64,000 nucleotides of DNA, from the NCBI GenBank assembly GCA_010093705.1, contig MU006093.1:1385301-1449300 (forward strand), in the 5' to 3' direction. Of this stretch, positions 23,936 to 36,140 are shown in pieces. The notes below the pieces were generated by a model. The model was not told the DNA's origin. It saw only the letters and a program-made list of their open reading frames with translations, and ran no database searches. The DNA is from Patellaria atrata CBS 101060 (lineage: Eukaryota). The position numbers and the translations under genes were made by a program. Within the stretch, counting starts at the first letter, position 1, and every line of letters begins with the position of its first letter.

Positions 23936-24924
23936 CTAGTACCTCTTCCCCTCCCTGAGCACGTCCGAGAACTCCTCTAACGGGCTTCGGATGAGCTTGG
24001 TCTCTTTCCACAGATTGGGCGTGAGGAAGCCGTAGCTGTTCGTGACGGCGACGAAGGTCGCCTTGAGGGTGTTCTCGAGCGTCTTGGTTGAGCCGGAGGA
24101 GGCGGTGTAGATATCCGCCACGCCTGCGAGCTGGAGCAGCCGCTTGACGGCCGGGGAAGCGACGAGACCGGTACCACGGGGTGCGGGGATAAGCTGCATT
24201 AATTGTTAGTCCGATGGTGAGAGTGTGTTGAAGCGAAAGAGAGACATACCCTGACTGTGACGGAACCGCACTTGCCGCTCTCTTTGGTAGGCAGCGAGTG
24301 AGGCTCACCGAGGTTGGTGCCCCAGTAACCTCTCCTGATGGGCACGACGCTGAGCTTAGCGATAATAATGGCGGCGCGAATGGCGGTCGCGACTTCTTTT
24401 GAGGTCTTGATGCCGAGGCCGACGTGGCCTTCCGAGTCGCCGATGACGACGATGGCCTTGAAGCGGGTACGCTGACCGGCACGGGTCTGTTTCTGAACGG
24501 GCTTGATCTGCATTCACGACTGTATCAGCACGAGCTCTTTATCCCCGAAGAACATCAAAGCATCTCCTGTGTCCCGCCCTCAATCAAGTGCATAGGGTCC
24601 TATTGAGCAAACCCGAGCAAACCGAGATTCTCAACTAACCTTCATGACCTCATCCTTCAGCTTCGGCAGAAAGAAATCCACGATCTGGTACTCCTTGATG
24701 GGCAAACTGTGCAGGTAGATCTCCTCCATGCTCTTGATCTTGCCAGCCTTGACGAGACGCCCGAGCTTCGTGACAGGCTGCCATTCTTTCTCCTCGCTCT
24801 TGCCGCCGCGACGTCCACGGCCACGACCGCGGCCTCGTCCTCGATCGCCTCCTCGGTCGCCGCGACCGGCGAACCCACCGCCTCGGGGTGCTGCTCCTCC
24901 TGCTGGTGGTGCTGCGTCGGCCAT
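23936..24924 (-). CDS. RPS2: 40S ribosomal protein S2 (uS5)
   Basis: Three coding exons (~24924-24640, ~24507-24250, ~24193-23936). RGG-rich N-terminus, [36 protein letters not shown]. There is also a 5'-UTR intron at 25047-24961 (GTAAGT...CTAAC...CAG). Confidence 0.98.
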
Positions 24925-25144
24925 GTTGTGATATTGGTATCGACGGTTGGGGGGTAGGGACTGCAGAAAATCGATTAGTTAGAGACAATTGAGACTTTTG
25001 GATTGCTGTTATAGGTTTCAGGTGGTCGAGAGGGTGAGTCGACTTACAGTGTTGTTGCTGGGGCGTTGCTCGTCGTCGATGGGTGTCCCGCAATTTGATG
25101 TTCGAAATTCCCTGTGGTGGGTTTGACGAGCTTGGCGACTTTTT

Positions 25145-25152
25145 GTCACGTG
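25145..25152. promoter_or_regulatory. Cbf1-type E-box (GTCACGTG) upstream of RPS2
   Basis: Lies about 100 bp upstream of the 5'-UTR intron donor. TCACGTG is a known ribosomal-protein promoter element in non-Saccharomyces ascomycetes. Confidence 0.4.
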
Positions 25153-25420
25153 CACACACTCTTTTCTCACTTCATTACCCCCTAGATGTCCCCTTTAGAT
25201 AGTATTTTCTAGGAATGTCACCACCAGTTCTGAATTATATTTAATTATGCACCTCTAAACGTATTCTATAGACGTGTCTAGAGCAAGACGAAGGGAAAAA
25301 AAATAGTCTTTGTAATTCGCAGTACGTCGTAACTTAAGTGGAAAACAGACCTCAGATGTCTTTGAGCTCAAAATATCTCGTCTATCACAGAGGGTACTTC
25401 TAGAGGATAAAGCAATGGCT

Positions 25421-26576
25421 TTACAATCTAGATATTGTTGTTCCACTATCTTTATGAATAGTTGTTTTAACTTCTTCCTCCTCGGTAACGGTCATGACCG
25501 CTCTTCCCCAGCTCTTTCGAGAAGCCTGATCTTTTAATCCAGCTCCAATTGCCTCAAGACCAATGTATTCCCTGTCATAGACAATAGGTTTGATACCTTT
25601 AGTCTCAACAAGGTTCATGAACTCTCTCCATATTGCTTGCGTTTCATCTGGAAATCGACGGCCGTGTTCGCCGAATCGCTGTCATTTTTAGCTTAAGATT
25701 ATCTAGCATCAAACTCATGGCAATACATACATATCCAACAACAGTTATACCTTTCAGTAGAATCCTGTTCATTTTCACCTCTTCAACCTGTCCGCCTCTT
25801 GCCGCGAACCCAACAATGATGACTCGGCCCCTGTAAGCGCAGCATTTGATACTGCTCAACACCGCTCCAACGGAATCGTAGACTACATCAACACCCTCAC
25901 CACCTGTAGCCTCCATGACTCTCTTTTCCCAATCCGGATCGTCATACCGGACAACAGCATTGACACCCAACCTCTTCATGACTTGTGCCTTTTTCTCTCC
26001 TCCAACCACGGCAACCACATTTGCACCGAGGGCCAACGCTATTTGACAAGCAACGACTCCCAGTCCACCAGCAGCTCCAAGTACGCAGACCCATTCGCCA
26101 GCTTTGAGCTTCCCAACACTGACCAGAGCACCCCAGCTGATAGCACCGGAACTCCCCATGGCGCATGCTTCTTTACACGTCCATCTCGATGGGGGCTTTC
26201 TCAAGTTCGCTTCATCGATGCATATTTCTTCCGCATAAGCTCCTAGAGATCCACCGAAGACTTTTGTGCCAGGCCGGAACGAAGAACTTGACGGAGCAGA
26301 GACTACGTAACCAGCAAATTCTGTCCCGAGTATAAAAGGTGGTTTGACGTGTCTCTGATTGTTTTGATGTAGTCCTTGAGCGTAAAGATTATCCACGTGT
26401 GTGAGTGAAGCGTGCGTTATGCGGACACGAATCGGCTTGCTCGCTGATGGAATCGGTGAGGGTACCGAGCTTAGTTTAAGCTGAGATACATCCTGCAATG
26501 TTATCAGTCATAGTTCAGGCATTTAGGAGTGTGGTTCTCATACCGGAACAAATTTATCGATTAGAACCGCCTTCAT
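25421..26576 (-). CDS. NADPH:quinone oxidoreductase (zeta-crystallin/MDR family) with peroxisomal PTS1 (-SRL)
   Basis: Exons 26576-26544, 26492-25731 and 25678-25421. PFILGTEFAG, Rossmann GAAGGLG, GEGVDVVYDSVG. The C-terminus is ...TTISRL*. Confidence 0.92.
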
Positions 26577-29095
26577 AGTAATCGCTAGTAAAAGATTTTA
26601 CTACGACATCAACCTAGGAAAGGAGCAATAGTGCTATAACGAGATGTTGATTTTACAACTTGGGTGCCTTGGTGCAGTACAGGACCCCATCTTGCGGGAG
26701 ATCAACAGTGGGGTGTGGGGAAGGTTATGAAAATCCGGGGACCTCGGGACAGGAACCAAGACAGGAAACCGAACACAGTAGCCCGAACTACCGTAGTTCA
26801 GTTGTTTTGGTTCCCTACAGTCCAAATTATAGAGGGATGCACGGGCTTATTCTAGGTCTGGAAGGATACATCACTTAAAACCCCGTTGTTATTTGACCCT
26901 CCAGTTAGAGATACCGAATGGGAGCCGAGAAGATATCCAAAGCCATAGTGGTCTGTAATCGTAACTATCTAGCTATGTGATATGCTGTATATCAATTAAC
27001 TCGCTAGCACATCTCATGGTCCTATATAAAATGAACGAAGGGACAGCACGCTACGGAAGAATTTGGCCTACTATTTATAATGGCAGTAACCTCCACCCGT
27101 ATCACGATCCTCGCTGCAACAGACAATCCGGGAAGCAGTTTAACGTATGAGAGAGTTGACTTGGAAGGTGAGGCCTCTATCAAGGAACAACATACTGGCC
27201 GCTGGCGCGTCCCGTCTCTTCATACTCAATCTTCTGAATGTATTGCCCTGGCACGACCACCAGCCCCACAAAACGTGAGCTAAGGGTAATTAGAGTTGAG
27301 GAGTTTTCAGAAGACTCAATTGCTTCCCTAATCGCGTTAGGGGATGGTTGGCGGTACTCGTATGTTAATGAAAGAATGATGTTGCAGTCCTACAGTATCT
27401 CGTCAGTCGTGCGTGGTAATTGAAAGAATCTTATGATAACGCACCCCATCTGTACATTTCATCTGGCCAACGAATATTCTACCATCTAATATATGTATTC
27501 GTAGGCTTTTGCCTAGGTATTGGGAGAGGTACGTAGTGGCTTCTGCATTGTCCATTGCGCCGAGGATGGGTAGATGTGGAATTTTGAAGGAGCTGTTCTA
27601 CACATAGGAGGCTCCTATAGAACGAAATTATGTCTCACAGGACTGCCGCGATTCAAGACCAATTACTCATGAATCAGAGAATAATTAAGGTAATGGTTCA
27701 CTACCTAAGGTACGATATGAAGAAACTTGTGAAGTGAACTTTTCCGAACTAAGGTAGAACTTCAGTAGCGTTATGGACAGAATCGATCAACGCGTCGAAA
27801 GAACCAGCAAGTCTACGAGTAGAGAGAACACAAATCTTTTCCCATACTGCAAGACAAAGGTTCTCCTCCAATCCTATACGCTTCCTATACCCTCACTGGA
27901 CAATCATGAAATTTTAAGTATTGATAGCTCCTTACTAGATGTAGAACTACTGTACAGTGTCCAGCTTCCTATGGCTGGCAGTCGTTTCTAAATTTACTTC
28001 ATGTTATCTGGCCGATTCGGAGGTCTATGTAATAGCAACCGTACCAAAAACCAGGACTACTCAATAAGTAAGATATAATTCATCATCTAGATTTCTTTAT
28101 TACCGCTTAAGCTGAGTTTTATAGGTCATCCCTTATCAATCTTTACATGGTACCGTTGACCAGTTGAGAGTACTACCCGTAGGATAATGCAAACGAGAAA
28201 CAGTACCCGATATCATGGACACTGCCGTCATATTAGTTTAAGGAATCGCCCTGGATACCTGTCTTAAGGACTGGCGAGGACATCGCCTAGAGCATCCCTT
28301 TAGATGACCATCTCAACCTTTATTCCAACCGCTTACTCAACCAACGAACCAGAAAACCTCTGGCCGTACACAGTTCAGACCTTGAACCCCTGTTTAAGCA
28401 TTATTAGCACGTTGGTTTCAGTTCATTAACTTGAACCCCTATCTTAAGAACTACTGATCTTATAGCTTGACTGGTATTCCAGATAGCGCGCTGAAAATAT
28501 ATACTATCCTAATTTGACGTCCAGATGGTAATGTAGAACCGGTGCCGAGCTCTCCCATTAGGAAATACGTTATAGGGAATTAAGACGATGTTTTAATTAG
28601 CGGTCCAGAGATGGTCAAGAAATTAGTCTTCAAGATGGCCTCGAGGATTGTACTTAAACTACTGGTCAAGATGGCTCTTAAGGGAGGTGGTAAGGTGAGT
28701 CCTCAACGTGCTACTTCAGTAGGCGCCTAATAAGCAACGGGGAAATAATGAATAAACCCCCAAGGGCCTAGAGATACTTATTGAGGTAGTTATAGATACC
28801 CGTAGACGACCGGAGAATGAATTCTGTCAATTGATGAATAAAAATATATTCCACTAATATTTTGCTGTAAAATAGTAGTATACCTAAATGGCTAAGTAGA
28901 CATCCCTAGCTAATCTCTTTCACATGCGAATTGCTCACAGTCGCTCTCAATATCCTATCGTATCTATCTCGTGTCGTTCGTGCGATTCAACGCGTTTTGC
29001 TTTCATCTGCGATACAACCTTTTCTTCCTATCTCTTCTCTCGCCAGCAGATCGACTTCTAATTATCCTTCACCTCTCCAATCTACGCCGTGTAAC

Positions 29096-31165
29096 ATGGC
29101 CAATCTATTAGAACTTTTCGAACCTTCTACGCGTAGCTGGACACGGCCTGTGTATAATTTACCGGGAAAATCACCCCGAGACCTTTCCATCCGTACGATA
29201 CATACCTCCAAACCGGAGCCGCAACCGGAAACGCAAATAAAGAACGAGAGTATAGATACTGTTTTCTCGATCCGGGACTGGATTACAGCGTCCTTAGCAG
29301 CGACCCCGAGTTCTCAAAGTACACCGTCGGATTCATACGACGGACGAGATGAGGATAACACTTCAACAAGCTCGAACTCTACACCGGACCCCGACTCTCC
29401 CACGACGAAATATAGTCATATAAACTTAGACCAGGAGATTCACTACGATCCCCTCGAAACCGATAACGCTCTTGAGGCCGTCCCGTCGAGAACCTCTATT
29501 ACACTACTATCATCAGACATACGCCTATATGATGAGCCACAAGCGTCTGTACGCCTCAAATTATTCAAGAAGAAAAAGACTTACCGGAAAACCGGCAAGT
29601 GGCCTCGTCAAGAGTCGACAATAAGGAGCAGATCTAAAAGCCCACAAGTTGTCAGTACGCAACCTCTAGAAAGTCCCTTCGTGCTGAGGCAAGCTTCGTC
29701 TGACAGCGAGATCGAAGTGGAAGACGATATAGCGGGAGGATTCTCCGTCCCGGTTTCACCCCGTAACAGCTGGGACGTAGACCAACAAAAATCGATTTGC
29801 GTTCTTCGACGGTTCTATACCAATTCCTGGCGGGATCTTGCGGCCGTTTTCAACAAGCACTTCGAGAATCACCTTAGGGCTCATGGCTTCGACGCATTTC
29901 CCCAGAGTTCGGTGGTGGTTCAATATTACGACCTTCGGAGATTCAACCGACCCGCATTCCGAACCATCTACGATATCGAATTTGAACGCGCGAGCAGTGA
30001 AAACAACGAGTTATGCGAGGCTCTTGAGAACACCGCTGAGATTATCGGAATCGAGTTATACCCGAAAATCGCCGAGGACGAAGAGGAACGAGAGGGATTC
30101 CCCCAGAACCCGCCGCAGGAGATACATCAGGCCGAAGAAACACAACGAACGCCATCAACACCAAGGGAACCAATTCTACTATCTTCTATTCCGCAGGAGC
30201 TCTTAACCACTACACTACCTCCACTAGACGAGGATAACCAGCAAGATACGAGCAGCCCTCCACAACCCGTAATTGATTTCCCAGCAGTGTTCTTCCGCTG
30301 CTACAGCGAAGCCAGCGCCGGCTCTAACACCCGGACCGGCTTCTGCGCCGGCTTCTTCCAATCCTTCCCCTCAGACGCAATCCCAGATCCAATAACAGAA
30401 GCCGACACGCTCTTCAACCTCTTCGGCGCGCACCACGTCCTCGGTCACAACTCCCTCTCCCCCTTCATCTCCATCACCGACAGCTTCCTCTGGGCGCTCC
30501 ACAAAGCCCTCTGGACCAAAGACCGGCATCCCGCGACCTCGCCGCGCATCTCCGTTCTCAACGCCGCCCTGATGCCCGGTCCCGTATTCCCTGGCAGACG
30601 AGTCGTGCCTGAGTTGCGCAGATGCGGACTGTTAAGGGAACTCCGGGGTTTCAGGGCGAAGTATAAGGGACAGTGCGAGTATTTCGTCTGGGCTACCATT
30701 GACAGTGGAGCGATTGTCGCGGATGTCGGGTTGGAGGATATCGTGAGCCTTGCTCAAGGCTATCCGGGTGTTGGGGATGTCCTGCGCCTTGATGTCCTGC
30801 GCGCGAGCCGGTCTCTTAGGTTTGCGCGGAGGAAATTCTTGCTCAATCGACTCCGGCTGAGAGGAGATGTTGAAGCTGCTATCGGTCATCTGGCGAGCGC
30901 GCTTGGAGTCGGTCCGGAGACTGCGGGTCCCGTTATCTCGGCTGTTGTGTATAATATTGTTCAGGGTTGGGCGTTGGGTGTTGAAGGGTTTGACACAGGT
31001 GCAGTTGTAGGTTCTGAGGACTGTATATTCAATGGTTTCATCGCTACGTTAATGAAGGGTACAGAAATAAGAGACGGCGATATAAAAGGAATCCGTGCAG
31101 CTTTTATCGAGGGTGTGTCAAGGGCAGCTTGGAGTATTCGACGGTATGACTTAAGGCTGAACTGA
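29096..31165 (+). CDS. Hypothetical protein: disordered N-terminus, Myb/SANT-like helical segment, C-terminal ADP-ribosyltransferase-like (DUF7587-like) domain
   Basis: Intronless ~689-aa ORF from ATG 29096. Segment W-DVDQQKSICVLRRFYTNS-W-RDLAAVFNKHF. C-terminal FFRCYS...SPFISITDS...KGQCEYFVW. Confidence 0.85.
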   Translation: MANLLELFEPSTRSWTRPVYNLPGKSPRDLSIRTIHTSKPEPQPETQIKNESIDTVFSIRDWITASLAATPSSQSTPSDSYDGRDEDNTSTSSNSTPDPDSPTTKYSHINLDQEIHYDPLETDNALEAVPSRTSITLLSSDIRLYDEPQASVRLKLFKKKKTYRKTGKWPRQESTIRSRSKSPQVVSTQPLESPFVLRQASSDSEIEVEDDIAGGFSVPVSPRNSWDVDQQKSICVLRRFYTNSWRDLAAVFNKHFENHLRAHGFDAFPQSSVVVQYYDLRRFNRPAFRTIYDIEFERASSENNELCEALENTAEIIGIELYPKIAEDEEEREGFPQNPPQEIHQAEETQRTPSTPREPILLSSIPQELLTTTLPPLDEDNQQDTSSPPQPVIDFPAVFFRCYSEASAGSNTRTGFCAGFFQSFPSDAIPDPITEADTLFNLFGAHHVLGHNSLSPFISITDSFLWALHKALWTKDRHPATSPRISVLNAALMPGPVFPGRRVVPELRRCGLLRELRGFRAKYKGQCEYFVWATIDSGAIVADVGLEDIVSLAQGYPGVGDVLRLDVLRASRSLRFARRKFLLNRLRLRGDVEAAIGHLASALGVGPETAGPVISAVVYNIVQGWALGVEGFDTGAVVGSEDCIFNGFIATLMKGTEIRDGDIKGIRAAFIEGVSRAAWSIRRYDLRLN

Positions 31166-31305
31166 TCAGCTGTGCTCTAAATTCTCACAGTTTGAGAGAT
31201 GTGTTGTATCTCCTGTAATATGTGGCAATATTATCTGCTTTCACTATTCCACTAGTTTAGATAAACACCTACTAACGGGATGAGAACTTGGATAAGCGTA
31301 CAACT

Positions 31306-32840
31306 CTACACCCCTCTATTCGGTCTGGTAGATTTTACCTTCTCCTCCTTCTCCTTCTCCTTCTTCCTCCCTTCCTCCCCCCCCTCCTCCTTCTCCCTCT
31401 CCTCCTTCACCTTCCCCTCTAAAAACGCTAGAAACACCTTAAGCTCCTCAACCCCCCTGTAGTCCGGCCCACTCAACTCCACCCTCCCCCTCACAGCAAC
31501 TCTCGCCCACCTCAGTGCCTGCAATACATCCCCAACATCAAAATACACTCTAGCCAACTGCTCCCAAAACATCGGCAGCTCACCCGGAAGTTCCTCCTCC
31601 TCAACGATACGGAGAAGCTCCTTGGATAGTGTATCGATCTGGGAGCGGTTTTCAGGAGTCGGCGAAGCGACTCTGAGGTACGCGAGCTCGTCTCCAATAG
31701 CTTGGATGCGCGCACGTTGCGAGTCGGAGTGGGCGATACCGGAGGCTGGGGCGCTGCAGATCGGGCAGGCGCAGGTGAAGTTCCAGGCGCGGAGTTTGAG
31801 ACGTCTCTCGGAGTGGGGGAGGATGGATGGGATATCTGTTGGAGGGTTAGCTGGGGCATTATACCATATCCTGAGGAGGGGGTCGGAGGTTACAGGTAAG
31901 GGTAATCTCTTCGCCTAGCTCGATATCGCGGTGAGCTACGACTTCCGTGTTCAAGATACGTGGAGAGGCGCGGGTGAAAGCGCTGTAGGTCGTTAGGGTT
32001 AGGATGCTTCAGGGGGTGTGGGCCTACTATATGAATACATACTTTGGCTTACACGCATGATTTATCCTCTACACCATATTAGCTATGAACATAATGTCAG
32101 CTCGGTATCAACAGATGGGTATTCACCGATATTTCCGGATACAAGGCCATATGCGGCGTCCCCTCTATCTCCAGTGCGAAAACATTCGTCTTCAATACAT
32201 CCTCCACGACACCACCGCCTACACTCCTCCCTAGTTCCAACACTAACTCGGGCCGTGGTAACTGCATCACGGCCCACTTAATCAGTTCACTCCCCTGCCG
32301 TACGCTCAGCACTTCCGGGAACTTAACTCCCGCAACCAGCACCGGGAAGTCCACCATAAACATCTCTCCACGCCTGATTTTCCGTTGTGCCACTACCCCT
32401 TTCCCCTTGCCGGGTATATCTTGCACTACATATGCAGGTGGCTCATGAAGAGCACCAGCCTCAAAAGGATCTCTTTGCGGATCCCACGAGACATCGGGAT
32501 CGGGGAGGGAGCTGGTCAAGGTGGCGGCGATGTGAGGTTCGACTATAAGACTGACGCCGTGCATACGACGGAAGGGAATGTGAGTGTAGGTACAGAATTC
32601 GACATTAGTATGGGTAGTGGAGTATACACAGAAGGGCTTATAAGTCCATGGGTCCCAGTCCCGCGTTACAGCTATCGAATTGCTGTTGACCGGGAGTGGA
32701 CAGCTGGTGGACGTACGAGAGCGGAGGGGACCGAGTGGATTCCAAGGACATTGAGAGGATGGTAGACTGGTTGCGGTGATATACTCAGGATAGTGAAGGA
32801 GTGCGGAGATAGTAGCGACTAGATGCCATACTCTCGTCAT
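31306..32840 (-). CDS. SET-domain lysine methyltransferase (SMYD/Set5-like) with putative N-terminal signal peptide
   Basis: Exons 32840-32127, 32068-32043, 31982-31894 and 31835-31306, all GT-AG. SET motifs GKGKGVVA, RINHACKPN, IELGEEITLTY; post-SET WNFTCACPIC; TPR-like C-terminal helices. Confidence 0.9.
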
Positions 32841-33738
32841 AGTGTTATATCACTATTCGTGAAAGAGCTCCATGCTGCTAAGAGATAAAGGGAGAGCATG
32901 AAAGGAATATCGACTATGAAGAACGAAACGTATAGTATATGAAATGATGGGCATACTTATCTGCCCCTACCAAGCAATTTAAATTGGTAACACCTACCCT
33001 GTCATCAAAATTCAAAGCTTGTTATGAAGTTGATCTTAAGGGAACTTCTGATCTTTAGGATACTCAACCGGGTCAGGCATATGAACAGCCTGCGACTATA
33101 TAAAGATGTGACGGATTGAACTAAGGCTCGGGGAGTAACTGCTGCGACACGCCCGTATCTGTTTGATAGGTGTACTGTACAGCGACCGATCAGTGCTAAA
33201 CGTGACAGAGTAAGATACAAGACAGATATACGGAAGTACGTGATGAATGTTAATGTTATAGATAGATAATTTATACCCCTCGTGCGAAGCCGGCTAAAGG
33301 TGCGGGAGCTACGTCCCCTTCGTCGATCAGTCGCGTACAAATAGAACTACCTTCCTCTGTTAGGTCTAGCACCATTAAGTACCTTAAGTATACTGTACAC
33401 TTACTGCATGCGGAAGTTTGATGCTTATGAGACATGGAGATAGGAGGTTGAGGTGATTTGAGGTTCTAGGACTCGTCTATTCAACTTCAGTACTAGCCAA
33501 GCAGCTATGACTTGTCTACCCTCCACACCATCTCATCTCATGCAATACTTCACCCCTTTTGCTCCCTCATGTCCAAAATAATATTCCGCATTTCAATTCG
33601 TGCTTGTGTGACAACCTACGCTGTATCGTGAACACATAAGAATAGAAACTAAAAGTGTCTAGTTCCGCTCCGGTCATGTCAACATAACCTACAATTCTCA
33701 TGCCTCATCAGTCATATCTATACAAACCTATGCCCAGC

Positions 33739-36140
33739 TTACAGCTTTACGCCCCAGACGCCTCTTCCACCGCAAACCCCCAACCACTCGCCGCCCTGTG
33801 CCGTCAATCCGCTCTGCGGTGCCCAGCTCAGGTTAGCTATCTCAAAGTCGCACCTCCAGCTCGCAGCCGGGCCTTTCGCGTTAAGGGGAGCTTGGCCGCT
33901 TCCAGCACCGCTGGGGTTGCCGGCACCGAGTTCGCCGTTAAGCTGAGCGCCGTTCTGGCTGTGTAGGAGGTCCCAGATGAGAACAAGCGAGTCGTCGGCG
34001 CCGGAAGCAAGCATACCGCGTCGAGAAGGTGACCACTCGATCGTGTTCACGGAGGCGGAGTGGCCGCGGAGTTCGAGCAATGCTTGGCCGGGTTGTCTGA
34101 CATCAAGGATACGAATGAGATTGCTGTCTGCTGCGAAAGTAGCGAGAAGGTGAGAGTCATGAGGTGACGCTAGGTAGTACTGTTAGTATGTGGTAGTTGT
34201 CTTGTTGGGAGTGCGAGACTGAACATACCTGCCAGACGGAGAAGAGGCGGTGCATATTGCATCGTCTGCTGAGCTTTTGTAGGGGACATACGACCGGTGG
34301 GAGAACCTAAGACAACGGAAGCTTAATAAGTGTTTTATATTCGTAATAAGAATATTAGACTGCTTACCGTCTTTGTCCTTAGCCTCGGAAGGTTCGTAAA
34401 TGATCGTACTGTGTTCAAGACTCCGAAGGTCGAACATCCGAACACTGCCATCAGCACCGCAACTGACAAAAACATCCACGCTCCCGGCGCAGAACCGTAC
34501 GTCAAAGACTTCTTTGTCATGAGCAATGAGTTGGGTCTTTGCCGTCAGAGACGGTATATCCCATATGGTGCATGTCGTGTCGATGCTTGATGTGATAATT
34601 AATTTCGGTGAGAGTGTATTCCAATCGAGAGAGGTTAATGGTGCAGTATGCTCGGGCGACTTTGAATTCGAGAGGAGAGCAAGGGGAGTAAGCTTTTGAG
34701 GTGGAGATTCCCTGGTGTTGACACTCGAGGATCTAGTAATCGTGTTGCTTACGTGCGAGCCAGAATTCTGAGGGAGAGACCACAACCGGAGGTGGTCCCC
34801 GGAAGTAGCTAATAGATCCGTCGACGACTTTTGCGATGATGGTGGTTCCCATAATATTCGTGTTACGGGATACGAGCACGTGGCTTCGGCTACTCGTGTG
34901 TATTCGACTCCGTATCCCGGAGCACCTGGTGTTGTAACTTCTTGAGGTGCTATTTGCGTATCCAGAATTTGTATCTATTCGATCAAAACACATGTTAGGA
35001 AATTGTTTCACACGGAGAATCCCTTGAACCCCTCCTAAACACACTCTCCATCCTTGGATTTCTTGCACTTACAAAGTTATGTGGATCTTCAAGGTAGCTT
35101 CCAATTGCTATTTTTCCCGCGCTACTACCTCCGTGTATGGGCCACTTACACCAATCAAACGCATAGGCCGCCCAAGGGGCAAGGTAATTACTATTCGTGG
35201 GTACGTTCTCACCCTCACCAAATAAAGTTATCCCTGATAGCTTATCATCCTCCATATGCGAATTGGCTCTTGGCCTGATATCTGCAAGGCCCAGAGGTGA
35301 CTTGGAAGTAGCACCAGATGGCGTCTGAGGGGAATATTGATTGCTATAAGGCTGTTTCGGTGTAGAGCTTTGGTACTGGGAGCTGTCTGGGGTCTGCGAG
35401 AAAGGAATGTACTTTTGCTCCATCCCAGCGGGACTCGAGCGGGAATAACTATGAGATGTCGTCAGGGTGTTCGATCTCGTTGGTAGTGTATATTGCTGTG
35501 CGTTCGTATTGATATGGGGCATGGTAGGGACGGTCGTCGGAGCTGTGTAGGAGGAAGGGGGGGTGGGACGATTTGATGTTCCAGGCTGAACCTGAAGGCT
35601 CCCAGGGAGGTTTGCGGTATTCGAGGGGGTATTGATGTAGCGTTGTTGAGAATTCGGTGTGGCTTGCTGGAGGTTGATATTGGGGCCTCCTCCCCCACCA
35701 CCTGGTGTGTACTGATCTGGGGAGTTATACATATGTTGTTGCTGAGGTTGCTGAGGTTGCTGCGATGTGGCTTGTGAGGAGACATGTTGGCCCATACCAT
35801 GGGATGAGGAGGGTATATGCAACTCTTCCGGGGCCGCTCTTATGGTATGCGATCTTCTAGGGGTCTCATATTGTGTTGGTGTTGGACCTGGACCGGGCAA
35901 GCCCACAGAGGATGGCGGGGCGCTTTGTCCCCCAGAGTGCAGACCTGGAGCGTTTCCACTCTCAGGGAGGAGTGCATCTGTACCTGCTGATGTCGTGCCG
36001 GATGTTGCTGCTCGTAGATTTCCCGTAGGCGCGCCAATCGAGCCCAACGCCTGTGCAGCTTGATATATGCCAGAAGCCGCTCCTGGCGTATTTGACGCGG
36101 CGTTCTGCGACTGGTGGCCGTGATGCGAGTGGAACGGCAT
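33739..36140 (-). CDS. DCAF7/WDR68/AN11-like WD40 protein (DYRK/Yak1 kinase adaptor; yeast YPL247C-like) with a long Q/P/S-rich N-terminal extension
   Basis: Exons 36140-35073, 34974-34368, 34306-34228 and 34169-33739. YPVTRILWEP, LLATSGDHLRLW, APLTSLDWN, TSSIDTTCTIWD, TQLIAHDKEVFDV, FDLRSLEHSTIIYE. Confidence 0.93.

Noticed and set aside
24508..24639. Possible intronic snoRNA in the longer RPS2 intron
   Set aside because: No convincing box C (RTGATGA)/box D pair or H/ACA architecture; the CTGA present is the branch point.
33739..33750. C-terminal -VKL of the DCAF7-like protein as PTS1
   Set aside because: Non-canonical tripeptide that ends the last WD40 strand; the family is nucleocytoplasmic.
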